Shown one piece after another: positions 1-9,024 of a stretch of DNA of 36,404 nucleotides. The stretch lies in NCBI GenBank assembly GCA_046582655.1, contig JAYGDX010000368.1, positions 1 to 36,404 on the forward strand, given 5' to 3'. Positions within the stretch are counted from its first letter, which is position 1. Every line of letters starts with the position of its first letter. A program made the translations under genes and the position numbers. The notes beneath the pieces were generated by a model. The model was not told where the DNA came from and did not search any database. It saw nothing but the letters and a program-made list of their open reading frames with translations. Origin of the DNA: Candidatus Poribacteria bacterium (GTDB taxonomy: Bacteria > Poribacteria > WGA-4E > UBA9662).

Positions 1-214
1 GTGATGAATCTGCGTGTTGTGGATTCATGTCTAGAATTTCTTGATACTGTCTCTTGGCTTGTTCAAGTTGTCCAGATTGATGATGTTGAATCGCCTGTTC
101 AAATAGCCTGTTAATGTCAAATTGAGAGCTTTGTAAATTATTAGTCGAATTCAAGGTTCTGCCCAATTTAGAATTAAAGTTAGTGTGAGATTTAACTATA
201 TTGGAACTTAACGC

Positions 215-1470
215 CTATCGCTGGGAATACCGAGTAAGTGCAAGTCGAATTTCTTGAAAAACGCCATTCCAGCCTCCTAACTCCTTTTGGCGAAAAAGTG
301 TCATGGAAGGATATCATGGAGAGTCCGAACGATTAAGCATCCACCGCCAGTCCGGTATAAAGGGTAATAATATCCAGACAGGTTTGCCGAGTGCTCCGGC
401 TAGATGTACGATAGCGGTATCAACACTGATAACTAGATCTAGTTGTAGTATGGCTGATGTTGTGTCGGAGAAATTAGCAACCATCTTCCCTAGGTCTTTG
501 ATGGTATGATCGTATCCATTTTGACTTATATCGGTTCTACGCGGACCTACTTGCAAACTGAAAAACTCACAGCCTTTTATATCCAATAAACACTTGAACT
601 GGTTAAGTAAGGCTAACGGACCTATTGCGATCATTAATATATGTCGGACTACCTGCCTAGGCAATTCCGACTTTGAAATGGTGTTCATTATCTGAGAGGA
701 ACGCAAAATCGGACTTTTTATCTGGGTAAAGATACGGTATTTTGGCAGGAATCGTATCGAGAACTGTACCAAAAATGTGAGGTAAACTAACGATAGGAGC
801 ATGGAAATCAAAATCGGGCATATCTTCCCCTTTGGTTATTAATGTGTCAATGCGATCTATACTTTTAAAGAGCGATTTTAATTCAGGTTGACAGGCAACG
901 ATAATGGTTGAATCAGTATTAGGTAACAGGTTAATATAGCGAGCAAACTGGATGCTATCTCCAAATCCCTGTTCAGCGTAGACCAATATTGATTTGCCGT
1001 TCAAAGATGCTCCATCCCATAGCGGCCGTTTAAAATTGCGTTTTTGAGACTTCAAGCTGGAATCCCACCGCCACTCGTATTTTTCCCATCCTTCAACAAA
1101 CTGTCCTTGCAATAATAGTAACATTGCCAGATTAAAATGGGCGTCAGCATAGTCGAGTTGGATTTGAATGGCTTTCTGATAAGCTTGAGCTGATTCCTCT
1201 AATTTTCCTTGCTTCTGAAAAGCATTCCCCGGATTAGTGAAAAATAAGGGTTTGGTTGAATCTATCTGTATGGCTTGAGTGATTAAGCTAACAGCAATCT
1301 CATATTGCCCTGATTGATATACACTGATACCAAGAAGGTGTAGAGCATCAGCATTTTGAGGATCGATGCCTAACACGTGGGTACACATGTTTAGCATAAT
1401 CAAGATTACCTTCATGATGATAGCTGAGTGCCAGTTTTAAAATGGGAATTATATCCTGAGTTGGGTTCAT
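215..1470 (-). pseudogene. Degraded paralog of the adjacent TPR-containing glycosyltransferase
   Basis: Aligns by eye with 1546-3309 from MNPTQDIIPILKLALSYHH (ATG 1470) to RLALTRYSQR* (stop 215-217). Lesions: frameshift near 1380, TAG at 657-659 where the paralog has Trp (GIAWAG), 4-bp duplication TAAGTAAG at 604-611, and TGA at 314-316 where the paralog has Trp (DSPWYPS). ORFs 657-1415 and 314-811 are fragments of it. Confidence 0.93.
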
Positions 1471-1545
1471 TCTTTGCTGACTGTTGATTCCTTCGAAATG
1501 TATTATATGGACAGTCGTGTAATTAGGGATTGTTAAGCAAAATAC

Positions 1546-3309
1546 CTAGTTCTGGGAACATTGCGTCAGTGCCAATTTAATCTGCTGGAAAACAGGGCTC
1601 CAATTTCCAATTTCCTTTTGGCGGAAGAGTGTCATAGAAGGATACCATGGAGAGTCCGAACGATTAAGCATCCACCGCCAGTCCGGTATAAAGGATAATA
1701 ATGTCCAGACAGGTTTGCCGAGTGCTCCAGCTAAGTGAGCTACTGCAGTATCAACACTGATAACCAGATCCAGTTGAAGTATGGCTGATGCTGTATGATG
1801 GAAATTAGTAAACTGTTTCCCTAGGTCTTTGATAATGTGGTGATATCCATACTGTTTTATATCGTCTCTCCGCACTCCTACTTGTAGACTGAAAAACTCA
1901 CAGTTTCCTATATTCAATAAGCATTCAAATCGTTTAAGATCTATGGATCTATTATGATCATTGACGTGTGTCGAATTACCCGCCCAGGCGATACCAATTT
2001 TAAATTTATGATTGTTATCTAATAGAAATATAGAATCTGCTTTTGTATCGGGATAAAGATACGGTATTCTAGCTGGGATAGTTTTGAGAGTTGTACCAAA
2101 AATATGTGGCAGACTAAGAAGAGGTACATGGACATCAAAATTGGGTGTTTTTCCCTCTTTGGGTACTAATTTGTCAATACGGTCTATACTTGTGAAAAGC
2201 GGTTTTAATTCAGCTTGACATTCGACAATCACAGTTGTGTCTAAGTCACACAAAAGGTCAACATAACGAACAAATTGAATGGCATCTCCGAGCCCTTGTT
2301 CAGTGTGTACCAGTATCGACTTACCCTTTAAAGAAGTTCCATCCCATAGTGGTTGTTTAAAATCACGTTTTTGGGATTTTTGAATCGAATCCCATCGCCA
2401 CTCATATTTTTCCCAACCTGCAATTAACTTTCCTTGTAACAGAAGTGTTATTGCCAGATTAAAATGTGCATCGGCAAAACTGGAGTTAATAGATAAGGCT
2501 TTTTTGAAATATCGAATTGCTTCCTCAAGTTTATTTTGTTCGACTAGTGTTGCCCCGAGGTTGCTGTATGCTCTTGCGTATTGCGGATTAATCTCAATAG
2601 CTTTCCCGAATGCAGCAGTCGCTGCATCTAACTGATTTTTCCTTTTTAGAACACTGCCTAAGTTATTGTGCGCCTCCACATAGTCAGGGCAGGAATATAA
2701 GGCCATGTGATATGAGTTAATTGCTTGATCTAAGTTTCCCTGTTCTTGAAAAATATCGCCAATTTCACAGTGTGCCTCAGCGTATTTTGGGTTAAGGGAA
2801 ATCGCTTCTTGATATGCTTCAAGTGCTCGACAGGACTCCCCTTTTTCTCCAAAAAGTTTGCCTAATATATAATGTGTGCTGGCCACATTTGGGTCGAGGA
2901 AAATTGATTTTTGAAAGGAATTTATTGCTTGATCCAATTGTTTTCTATGATGAAAAAGTCCTCCAAGATTATTATATGCTTCGGTGTATTTCGGATTGAT
3001 CTTGATTGCCTGATGATAAGAATCTATTGCTTGATCCCATTTATTTTGTTTCTGAAAAGTTTGACCTAGGTGTCGGAAAAATATTGGATTATTGGGGTTT
3101 ATGTTGATAGCTTCTATAATCAGGTTGGCGGCTGTATCGTAGTCTTGGTTTTGATGAGCGATAAGACCAAGAAAGTGCAAGGCATCTGGATTCTCCGGGG
3201 AAAGTCTCAAGATCTCTTTGTAGGCAAGTTTAGCTTGATCGATGTGACCAGCCCGATGATGTGCGAGTGCTTGTTTCAGTATAATAGAGATGTTGTCTTT
3301 TGTCTTCAT
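1546..3309 (-). CDS. TPR repeat-containing glycosyltransferase family protein (GT-B/GT9-like C-terminal domain)
   Basis: About 8 TPR units (AYNNLG, AHNNLG, AYSNLG, AHFNLA), then GWEKYEWRW, EQGLGDAIQFVRY, GIAWAG, DLVISVDTAVAHLAGALG and DWRW..SPWYPSMTLFRQ. ATG at 3309 preferred over TTG at 3315. Confidence 0.9.
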   Translation of the reverse strand: MKTKDNISIILKQALAHHRAGHIDQAKLAYKEILRLSPENPDALHFLGLIAHQNQDYDTAANLIIEAININPNNPIFFRHLGQTFQKQNKWDQAIDSYHQAIKINPKYTEAYNNLGGLFHHRKQLDQAINSFQKSIFLDPNVASTHYILGKLFGEKGESCRALEAYQEAISLNPKYAEAHCEIGDIFQEQGNLDQAINSYHMALYSCPDYVEAHNNLGSVLKRKNQLDAATAAFGKAIEINPQYARAYSNLGATLVEQNKLEEAIRYFKKALSINSSFADAHFNLAITLLLQGKLIAGWEKYEWRWDSIQKSQKRDFKQPLWDGTSLKGKSILVHTEQGLGDAIQFVRYVDLLCDLDTTVIVECQAELKPLFTSIDRIDKLVPKEGKTPNFDVHVPLLSLPHIFGTTLKTIPARIPYLYPDTKADSIFLLDNNHKFKIGIAWAGNSTHVNDHNRSIDLKRFECLLNIGNCEFFSLQVGVRRDDIKQYGYHHIIKDLGKQFTNFHHTASAILQLDLVISVDTAVAHLAGALGKPVWTLLSFIPDWRWMLNRSDSPWYPSMTLFRQKEIGNWSPVFQQIKLALTQCSQN

Positions 3310-4171
3310 GAACAAATGCAGACACGACTCAATTTGCTAGATTTCCAGCTGATTGTTCCAAAAGTATCAATCAACATAAAAATAATGACATAGACAATTT
3401 GAAAGCCTTGAATCGGTGGAAAGTTTGTAATTAAACGTGTCCGATTAAAAAACCAAAATCCACGTGAAACATAAGATAAATTCTGGAAGAACTTTCAAGC
3501 TAAATAGAACTAGTATTGTTTCCAATGGAAGTAGTTGAAGACTGTCAAAGCCATAGGCAAAATCAGTCCAAAACGGAAAAAATACATAATAGTCGTGAAT
3601 TCAATAAGGGAGCAATGATTTTCAAAACTGTTTACACTACAGTTTGTGAAATTCGCTAATTTATCTTCCTGTCTGTTGTTTAAGTGAGAAATCAACTAAG
3701 AGTTCCACTACCTGTGAATTGAAGGACAGTTCTTACCAAATGGAATATTTTTGTAGGTTCGATTCTATGATTGAAATGCCTTTGGCCATCCTATATCGGC
3801 GTCAATTTTTTTGTAAAGCCCAATATCACGATGGAACGATTCTGTTGGCATCACTTATTAGGATTAAACCATCCCAGCTGTGGTGTATCGGTCTGTCAGA
3901 GAAAAACTGCTTACTGGGTTCAATGTAGATGTTTCGGAAAAGTATCTTCCCTACAGAGAGCGAATAGATTTGCGATATGATATAGTGTATCGCTGAACAA
4001 AGTGGGAATGAATTTGATCCATCAGTCTTTTTGTTAGTCCAAGATAAAAAAGACCAATTGTGAGATACATTATGATGATGCAATAAATTTAGCCAAGGAC
4101 AGTCATAGTAATCAGGATGCCTCTAACCTTTTAATTTTATCAGAAAGTAACCTAAATTCACATTATTTAAA

Positions 4172-4200
4172 TTGACAGTTATAATATGCTTTGCTATGAT
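4172..4200 (+). promoter_or_regulatory. Sigma70-type promoter of the ferredoxin operon
   Basis: TTGACA (4172-4177), 17-bp spacer, TATGAT (4195-4200) preceded by TGn (extended -10). Confidence 0.75.
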
Positions 4201-4431
4201 AAACGCTAGGACGTTATCCTTGTTACAAGTAGGGTAAGTTTTGCAAGCTGGTTATAGTAAAGTTATGTCCTAGTAGAAATAGTGAAGGCAAGACTGTACA
4301 AAGCTGGTTCATGCACTCTGATCGGTGCAATTATTAGCAAAAACGGACAATTTATTTGCAATGTATTTTGACTTTTTGTTATCCTTTTGTAGGACTTATT
4401 AAGTCTTTGTTGTCAATTAAGGATTGTTGGA

Positions 4432-4872
4432 ATGTGGTTATTAAAGAATCCCTTCTCAAAAAATAAGAACGCCGAAGATCCGTCTTCTGCACCAAAGAAA
4501 ACAACCAAGGCTAAGCCTTATGAGCATTATAGGTCGATTGCTGAGTTTCCAGATGAAATTGTTTACAAAAAGAGAAAGCCGAAGGTTATGGCAATTATTG
4601 ATGAAGATAGTTGTACCGGCTGTCAAGTATGTGTACCGTTTTGTCCTGTTGATTGTATTGAATCAGTTCCGCATGAAAAGTATAATATCGTTATACCACC
4701 AGTGCAAGTTCGGTATAATGAGTGTATTGGTTGTTCGATCTGTGCTCGTGTTTGTACCAAATTGACGTGGGACGCTATTCGTATGGTTCCACTAGAGGAA
4801 TTTGAGGAAGGATTCCCCGAAGTTGAGATAACGAATACATTTACTCCTGAGGTCCAAGAGGCTGCAGATTAG
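4432..4872 (+). CDS. 4Fe-4S dicluster ferredoxin-like protein
   Basis: Two CxxCxxCxxxC motifs (CTGCQVCVPFCP, CIGCSICARVC), Lys-rich N-terminal extension, acidic tail; AAGGA upstream of the ATG. Confidence 0.9.
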   Translation: MWLLKNPFSKNKNAEDPSSAPKKTTKAKPYEHYRSIAEFPDEIVYKKRKPKVMAIIDEDSCTGCQVCVPFCPVDCIESVPHEKYNIVIPPVQVRYNECIGCSICARVCTKLTWDAIRMVPLEEFEEGFPEVEITNTFTPEVQEAAD

Positions 4873-4897
4873 CCTTTTCATTAGTGGAATCTAAATA

Positions 4898-5383
4898 ATG
4901 TGGTGGTTCATGTATGCCTGTTATCTTTTAACGGGCATTTCTTTTTGTCTGGTTGGGCTAACAGGGATTCAAGGTTATTGGAATTTTAGTGTTTTGGGTG
5001 TAGCACACCAAACGTTCGCACTCGTTGCCGCGATGGTGTACCTGCTTACCGAAACCTTGATCATCTTTTTCTTTGTTGGAACTGGTAGTAGTATCAAGGA
5101 ATTCTCGCAAATACATCATCTTAATCCAGAATATCATCAGAGATCTGTTGACATTAAGCGAGTAATTTACCCGCCCACGCTTCTGAATATCTTATTATTA
5201 ATGATGGTCTTTGTTATCGGTGGTGCTGTGCATACCCGCATGATTCACCCTTGGTTTCATGGCGGGCTATTTCTGGTTACAATTGTCCATTTTGTCAAAA
5301 CGATTGGTATTCAACACCGCTCTTTCAAAGAGAGCACGATGATTTTTATCGAGCTTAGTAAACTCGATCTTCAACCTGAATAA
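4898..5383 (+). CDS. Hypothetical membrane protein, about 4 TM helices, His-rich
   Basis: Four hydrophobic segments, FFFVGTGSSIKE motif, His residues at or in helices (AHQTF, AVHT, FHGG, VHFV); starts 25 bp after the ferredoxin. Confidence 0.8.
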   Translation: MWWFMYACYLLTGISFCLVGLTGIQGYWNFSVLGVAHQTFALVAAMVYLLTETLIIFFFVGTGSSIKEFSQIHHLNPEYHQRSVDIKRVIYPPTLLNILLLMMVFVIGGAVHTRMIHPWFHGGLFLVTIVHFVKTIGIQHRSFKESTMIFIELSKLDLQPE

Positions 5384-5397
5384 GTAGTTAATTCAGT

Positions 5398-5562
5398 ATG
5401 CTGTTCTATTTGGCGAAAGTAATTCAAGCGATGGGACTTCTTGCGGTTGGGGTCGGTTTTGTGATAGAGTTCCCAAGATTAATGGATCCAAAACTTGGCG
5501 GAATTGGGTTGTTAATTTTTTTGATGGGATGGATAACGGAACGTTTCTTGGCTAAGTCGTGA
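5398..5562 (+). CDS. Small 2-TM membrane protein, 54 aa (not in ORF track)
   Basis: Hand translation: MLFYLAKVIQAMGLLAVGVGFVIEFPRLMDPKLGGIGLLIFLMGWITERFLAKS*. Starts 14 bp after the upstream stop; two hydrophobic helices joined by an FPRLMDP loop. Confidence 0.75.
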   Translation: MLFYLAKVIQAMGLLAVGVGFVIEFPRLMDPKLGGIGLLIFLMGWITERFLAKS

Positions 5563-5681
5563 GAAAAGTCTTAAAGTTTGATTCAGGCAAAAAGGGATTT
5601 GAGCGTGCCGCATATACTCTTATTGTCAGCGCAGTAATTATGGTTATCCTTGGTGTTTGTTTTTTATGGGGCTTGTTTTAA
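5559..5681 (+). CDS. Small single-TM protein, 40 aa (not in ORF track)
   Basis: GTG start overlaps the previous TGA (GTGA, 5559-5562). Hand translation: MRKVLKFDSGKKGFERAAYTLIVSAVIMVILGVCFLWGLF*, a basic N-terminus plus one C-terminal TM helix. Confidence 0.55.
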   Translation: MRKVLKFDSGKKGFERAAYTLIVSAVIMVILGVCFLWGLF

Positions 5682-5731
5682 TAGGTTTGTGCAAGACTCC
5701 TGTTCTATTAACTAGGTAATGGAAGTACAAA

Positions 5732-6961
5732 ATGAAACAGCAAAAACCATTTCATATAATGACTAAGCCGATTGGAGCAATCTGTAACTTGGATTGTGAG
5801 TACTGCTATTATTTGGAAAAAGAAGATCTTTATCCAGAAACGAAGTCGTTTCGGATGAAAGACTTGGTGTTAGAAAATTATATTCGTCAGTATATCGAAG
5901 CACAATCAACATTCCCAGAAGTGACTTTCGCTTGGCAAGGCGGTGAACCAACTTTGATGGGAATAGAGTTCTTTCAAAAGGCTGTCGAATTGCAAAACAA
6001 ATATCGGCGCTCGGGAATGACTATCCGAAATTCGCTTCAAACGAATGGTACAATCATCAATGATGAATGGGCAACCTTTTTTAAACGGAACAACTTTTTA
6101 ATCGGAATTAGCATTGATGGCCCACCAAAATTGCATGATCACTATCGTTTTGGTAAAAAAGGCGAACCCTCTTCTGCTGATGTTATCAGGGGACTAAGAC
6201 TGTTTCAAAAACATCAGGTCGATTACAATGTTCTCTGTGTTGTAAACAATTACAACGGCGATTATCCTGTTCAAATCTACAATTACTTTAAAGATCTTGG
6301 TGTCCAGTTTATACAATTTATCCCGATTGTTGAACATTTCGGTGATGGATCGGAAGTGTCTCCTAGATCTGTTAACCCCAAGCAGTATGGTCAGTTTTTG
6401 TGTGCAGTATTTGATGAATGGGTTAAAGTGGATATCGGCAAGATTTTTATTCAGATCTTTGATGTCTCTTTAGAAGCATGGCTTGGTTTCAAGCCGAGCT
6501 TATGCATCTTCAACGAAACGTGCGGGGATGCAATGGCAATGGAACATAATGGGGATGTATACGCGTGCGACCATTATGTCACACCGGAATATCTGGTTGG
6601 GAACATTGGGGAAACACCGATTACCGATATCGTAGATCTACCGTTCCAACGCAAATTTGGTGAGGACAAGAAAGATACTCTACCCCCTTATTGTCTTGAT
6701 TGTGAGGTTCGTTTTGTCTGTAATGGAGGTTGTCCCAAAAATCGATTTATCGATACACCTGACGGTGATCCAGGGTTAAATTACCTCTGTGAAGGGTACA
6801 AGATGTTTTTTAACCATATTGACGCCCCAATGAAGCTAATGGCGGTGGCTCTTGAGAATGGACAGACTGCAGATTCGATTATACCCATCATGCAGCAACA
6901 GAAAATACGAAATGCTAGATCCCGCCCGAAACTAAAACGTAAAAAGAGCCGATCTGCATAG
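5732..6961 (+). CDS. Anaerobic sulfatase maturase (radical SAM/SPASM, AslB/AtsB/ChuR type)
   Basis: KPIGAICNLDCEYCYY (CxxxCxxC), FAWQGGEPTL, SLQTNGT, GISIDGP; SPASM cysteines in CIFNETCG, YACDHYV, CLDCEVRFVCNGGCPKNRF and NYLCEGY. Confidence 0.93.
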   Translation: MKQQKPFHIMTKPIGAICNLDCEYCYYLEKEDLYPETKSFRMKDLVLENYIRQYIEAQSTFPEVTFAWQGGEPTLMGIEFFQKAVELQNKYRRSGMTIRNSLQTNGTIINDEWATFFKRNNFLIGISIDGPPKLHDHYRFGKKGEPSSADVIRGLRLFQKHQVDYNVLCVVNNYNGDYPVQIYNYFKDLGVQFIQFIPIVEHFGDGSEVSPRSVNPKQYGQFLCAVFDEWVKVDIGKIFIQIFDVSLEAWLGFKPSLCIFNETCGDAMAMEHNGDVYACDHYVTPEYLVGNIGETPITDIVDLPFQRKFGEDKKDTLPPYCLDCEVRFVCNGGCPKNRFIDTPDGDPGLNYLCEGYKMFFNHIDAPMKLMAVALENGQTADSIIPIMQQQKIRNARSRPKLKRKKSRSA

Positions 6962-6993
6962 ATCCTAAACTTTAAACTATAGTCTGTTTCTGT

Positions 6994-7030
6994 AAGCCTT
7001 CTCGTATCAACGATGAGGGCTTTTTTATTT
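6994..7030 (+). terminator. Rho-independent terminator
   Basis: AAGCCTTCTCGT-ATCA-ACGATGAGGGCTT hairpin followed by a T-rich run, about 30 bp after the maturase stop. Confidence 0.75.
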
Positions 7031-7098
7031 TGAGAGTTAATTGGTCTCGGAGCACTAATTTAATTTTACTTCCGCGAGCATAATATGGCACAAGTTCA

Positions 7099-9018
7099 AT
7101 GATTCTGCGGTCTAATTTATCCTATCATCGTACCAACCCGATCAGATCATGGACTGTGTTTCTCATCACGGTGCTAGTACCGTTCAATTGTTGGTGGGTG
7201 GTAGCTTCAATACTACGCCGGAACGCCAGCCCAACACAAATTTCCTTGTTCTTCAACGCTATCTTCACCATTCTTGTTTTACTGATTCTTAATGTCATCC
7301 TGAGTAAAACTAGAAGTCAAATTGGTAAATACATGGTATTAAATCGTGTTGAGTTGCTGACGATTTATACCTGCGTATCAATTGGATCGGGAATTGCGGG
7401 TGTTGATCGGATTCTGGTGCTCATGCCTTTGATTGGGCATGCGCACTGGTTTGCGACCCCCGAAAACGACTGGGCAGGGCTTTTTCACCGTTACATTCCT
7501 GATTGGCTTACGATTAGTGATAAACGCATAATGGAGGGATACTATCAGGGATTTTCATCGATTTATCATCCCATAAATTTCAGTGTCTGGATTTCCATTG
7601 TTCTGTGGTGGTGTGCTTTCATCCTAGCGCTACACCTCGTTATGCTGTGTATCAGTGTAATCCTTAGAAAGCAGTGGGTTGAGTCGGAACGTCTCAGTTA
7701 TCCTATTATCCAACTTCCGCTTGAGATGACATATCCCAAGGGAAGATTTTTTAAATCACCATGGATGTGGGTTGGATTGATGGTTGGTGTCACTGTAGAT
7801 GTTGTCAACGGATTGAACTTCCTATTTCCTTCGGTTCCAAGTCTAGGCGGGAAACTATACGATCTACGTCGCATTTTCACTGATCCTCCCTGGAACGCTA
7901 TCGGTTGGAGTCCAATGGCTATCTTTCCTTTTGGAGTTGGTCTGTCATTTTTCATTCCGCTTGATCTCTCCTTTTCCTGTTGGGCTTTTTGGTTAATTTG
8001 GCGACTAGAAAGGTTAACAGGCTCGGTCATGGGATGGCGTGCTTTAGTGCGATTTCCATACGAAGCGGAACAATCGCATGGTGCATACTTGGGGCTTTGC
8101 ATCTTTGCACTTTGGATGAGTCGCAGACACTTAAGATATGCTGTAAACTGCCTGTTTCAATCTTCGCACGATGATCAGAAAGATTCAGTTTCTTATCGTG
8201 CTGCCTTTCTTGGTGTCATCATCGGTTTAACTTTTATGATGTTTTTCTGTCTCAAAATTGGGATGTCGTCATGGGTGATTATTCTATTTTTTGCCATTTG
8301 GCTTGCCATTTCTATTGCCATCACCCGACTTCGTGCTGAACTTGGTTCGCCTGTTCACGATCTACACTTTATTGGACCGGATGAAATTCTGCCACGAATG
8401 TTTGGTGTGCGTCGTATTGGAGCAACGAATTTAACTGGTTTCGCTTACCTTTATTTCTTGAATCGAGCACATCGGTCGCACGCGATGCCGCATCAACTTG
8501 AGGGTTTCAAACTTGCCAACGTGGCAAATATTCCTTTGCCACGATTTTTCTTGCTGATGATTTTTGCTTCCGGCTTAGGTGCAATCTCATCGTTCTGGGC
8601 TTTTTTGGCCATCAGCTACTCGGAAGGCGGGAGCCCGGTATTTGCCAATGAGTCTTTTGGCCGGCTGGAACGCTGGTTGAGTTTTGTCACGCCACCCGAG
8701 ATTCCGGCGATGGTTTTTGTCGGAATTGGTTTCTGGGTTACGATATTGCTCTCAGCCATGCGGATGAACTTCCTCTGGTGGAATTTGCATCCTGTGGGCT
8801 ACGCCATCTCTGGAAGCTGGGCTATTAACCCAATGATTGGATCAATCTTTGTCGGTTGGTTCCTGAAATGGATCATTCTCAAGTACGGTGGCCGAAAATG
8901 GCACCGCGGGGCTATTCCTTTTTTCTTGGGGATAGTGCTGGGTGAATTTGTTATCGGCACATTTTGGAGTCTGCTTGGCATTCTTTCAGCACAACCGATG
9001 TACCGTTTCTTGTTCTAG
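7099..9018 (+). CDS. DUF6785/DUF6784-type polytopic membrane protein (putative OPT-like peptide transporter)
   Basis: Many TM helices; motifs SLFFNAIF, ELLTIY, FATPENDW, LRKQWVESERLSYPI, PLDLSFSCW, RLRAELGSP, MPHQLEGFKL, LHPVGYA and PFFLGIVLGEF. Confidence 0.78.
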   Translation: MILRSNLSYHRTNPIRSWTVFLITVLVPFNCWWVVASILRRNASPTQISLFFNAIFTILVLLILNVILSKTRSQIGKYMVLNRVELLTIYTCVSIGSGIAGVDRILVLMPLIGHAHWFATPENDWAGLFHRYIPDWLTISDKRIMEGYYQGFSSIYHPINFSVWISIVLWWCAFILALHLVMLCISVILRKQWVESERLSYPIIQLPLEMTYPKGRFFKSPWMWVGLMVGVTVDVVNGLNFLFPSVPSLGGKLYDLRRIFTDPPWNAIGWSPMAIFPFGVGLSFFIPLDLSFSCWAFWLIWRLERLTGSVMGWRALVRFPYEAEQSHGAYLGLCIFALWMSRRHLRYAVNCLFQSSHDDQKDSVSYRAAFLGVIIGLTFMMFFCLKIGMSSWVIILFFAIWLAISIAITRLRAELGSPVHDLHFIGPDEILPRMFGVRRIGATNLTGFAYLYFLNRAHRSHAMPHQLEGFKLANVANIPLPRFFLLMIFASGLGAISSFWAFLAISYSEGGSPVFANESFGRLERWLSFVTPPEIPAMVFVGIGFWVTILLSAMRMNFLWWNLHPVGYAISGSWAINPMIGSIFVGWFLKWIILKYGGRKWHRGAIPFFLGIVLGEFVIGTFWSLLGILSAQPMYRFLF

Positions 9019-9024
9019 CCGAAT

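Noticed and set aside
314..659. Stop-codon reassignment (TGA or TAG read as Trp), since both stops fall at Trp positions
   Set aside because: Two different stop codons are involved, the same gene also has frameshifts, and intact genes here use TGG for Trp and end at TGA or TAG normally. Single G-to-A changes explain both.
3400..4170. Short overlapping ORFs (3510-3695, 3719-3928, 3771-3980, 3826-4083)
   Set aside because: No recognisable motifs or RBS, and they conflict with each other; probably intergenic or decayed sequence.
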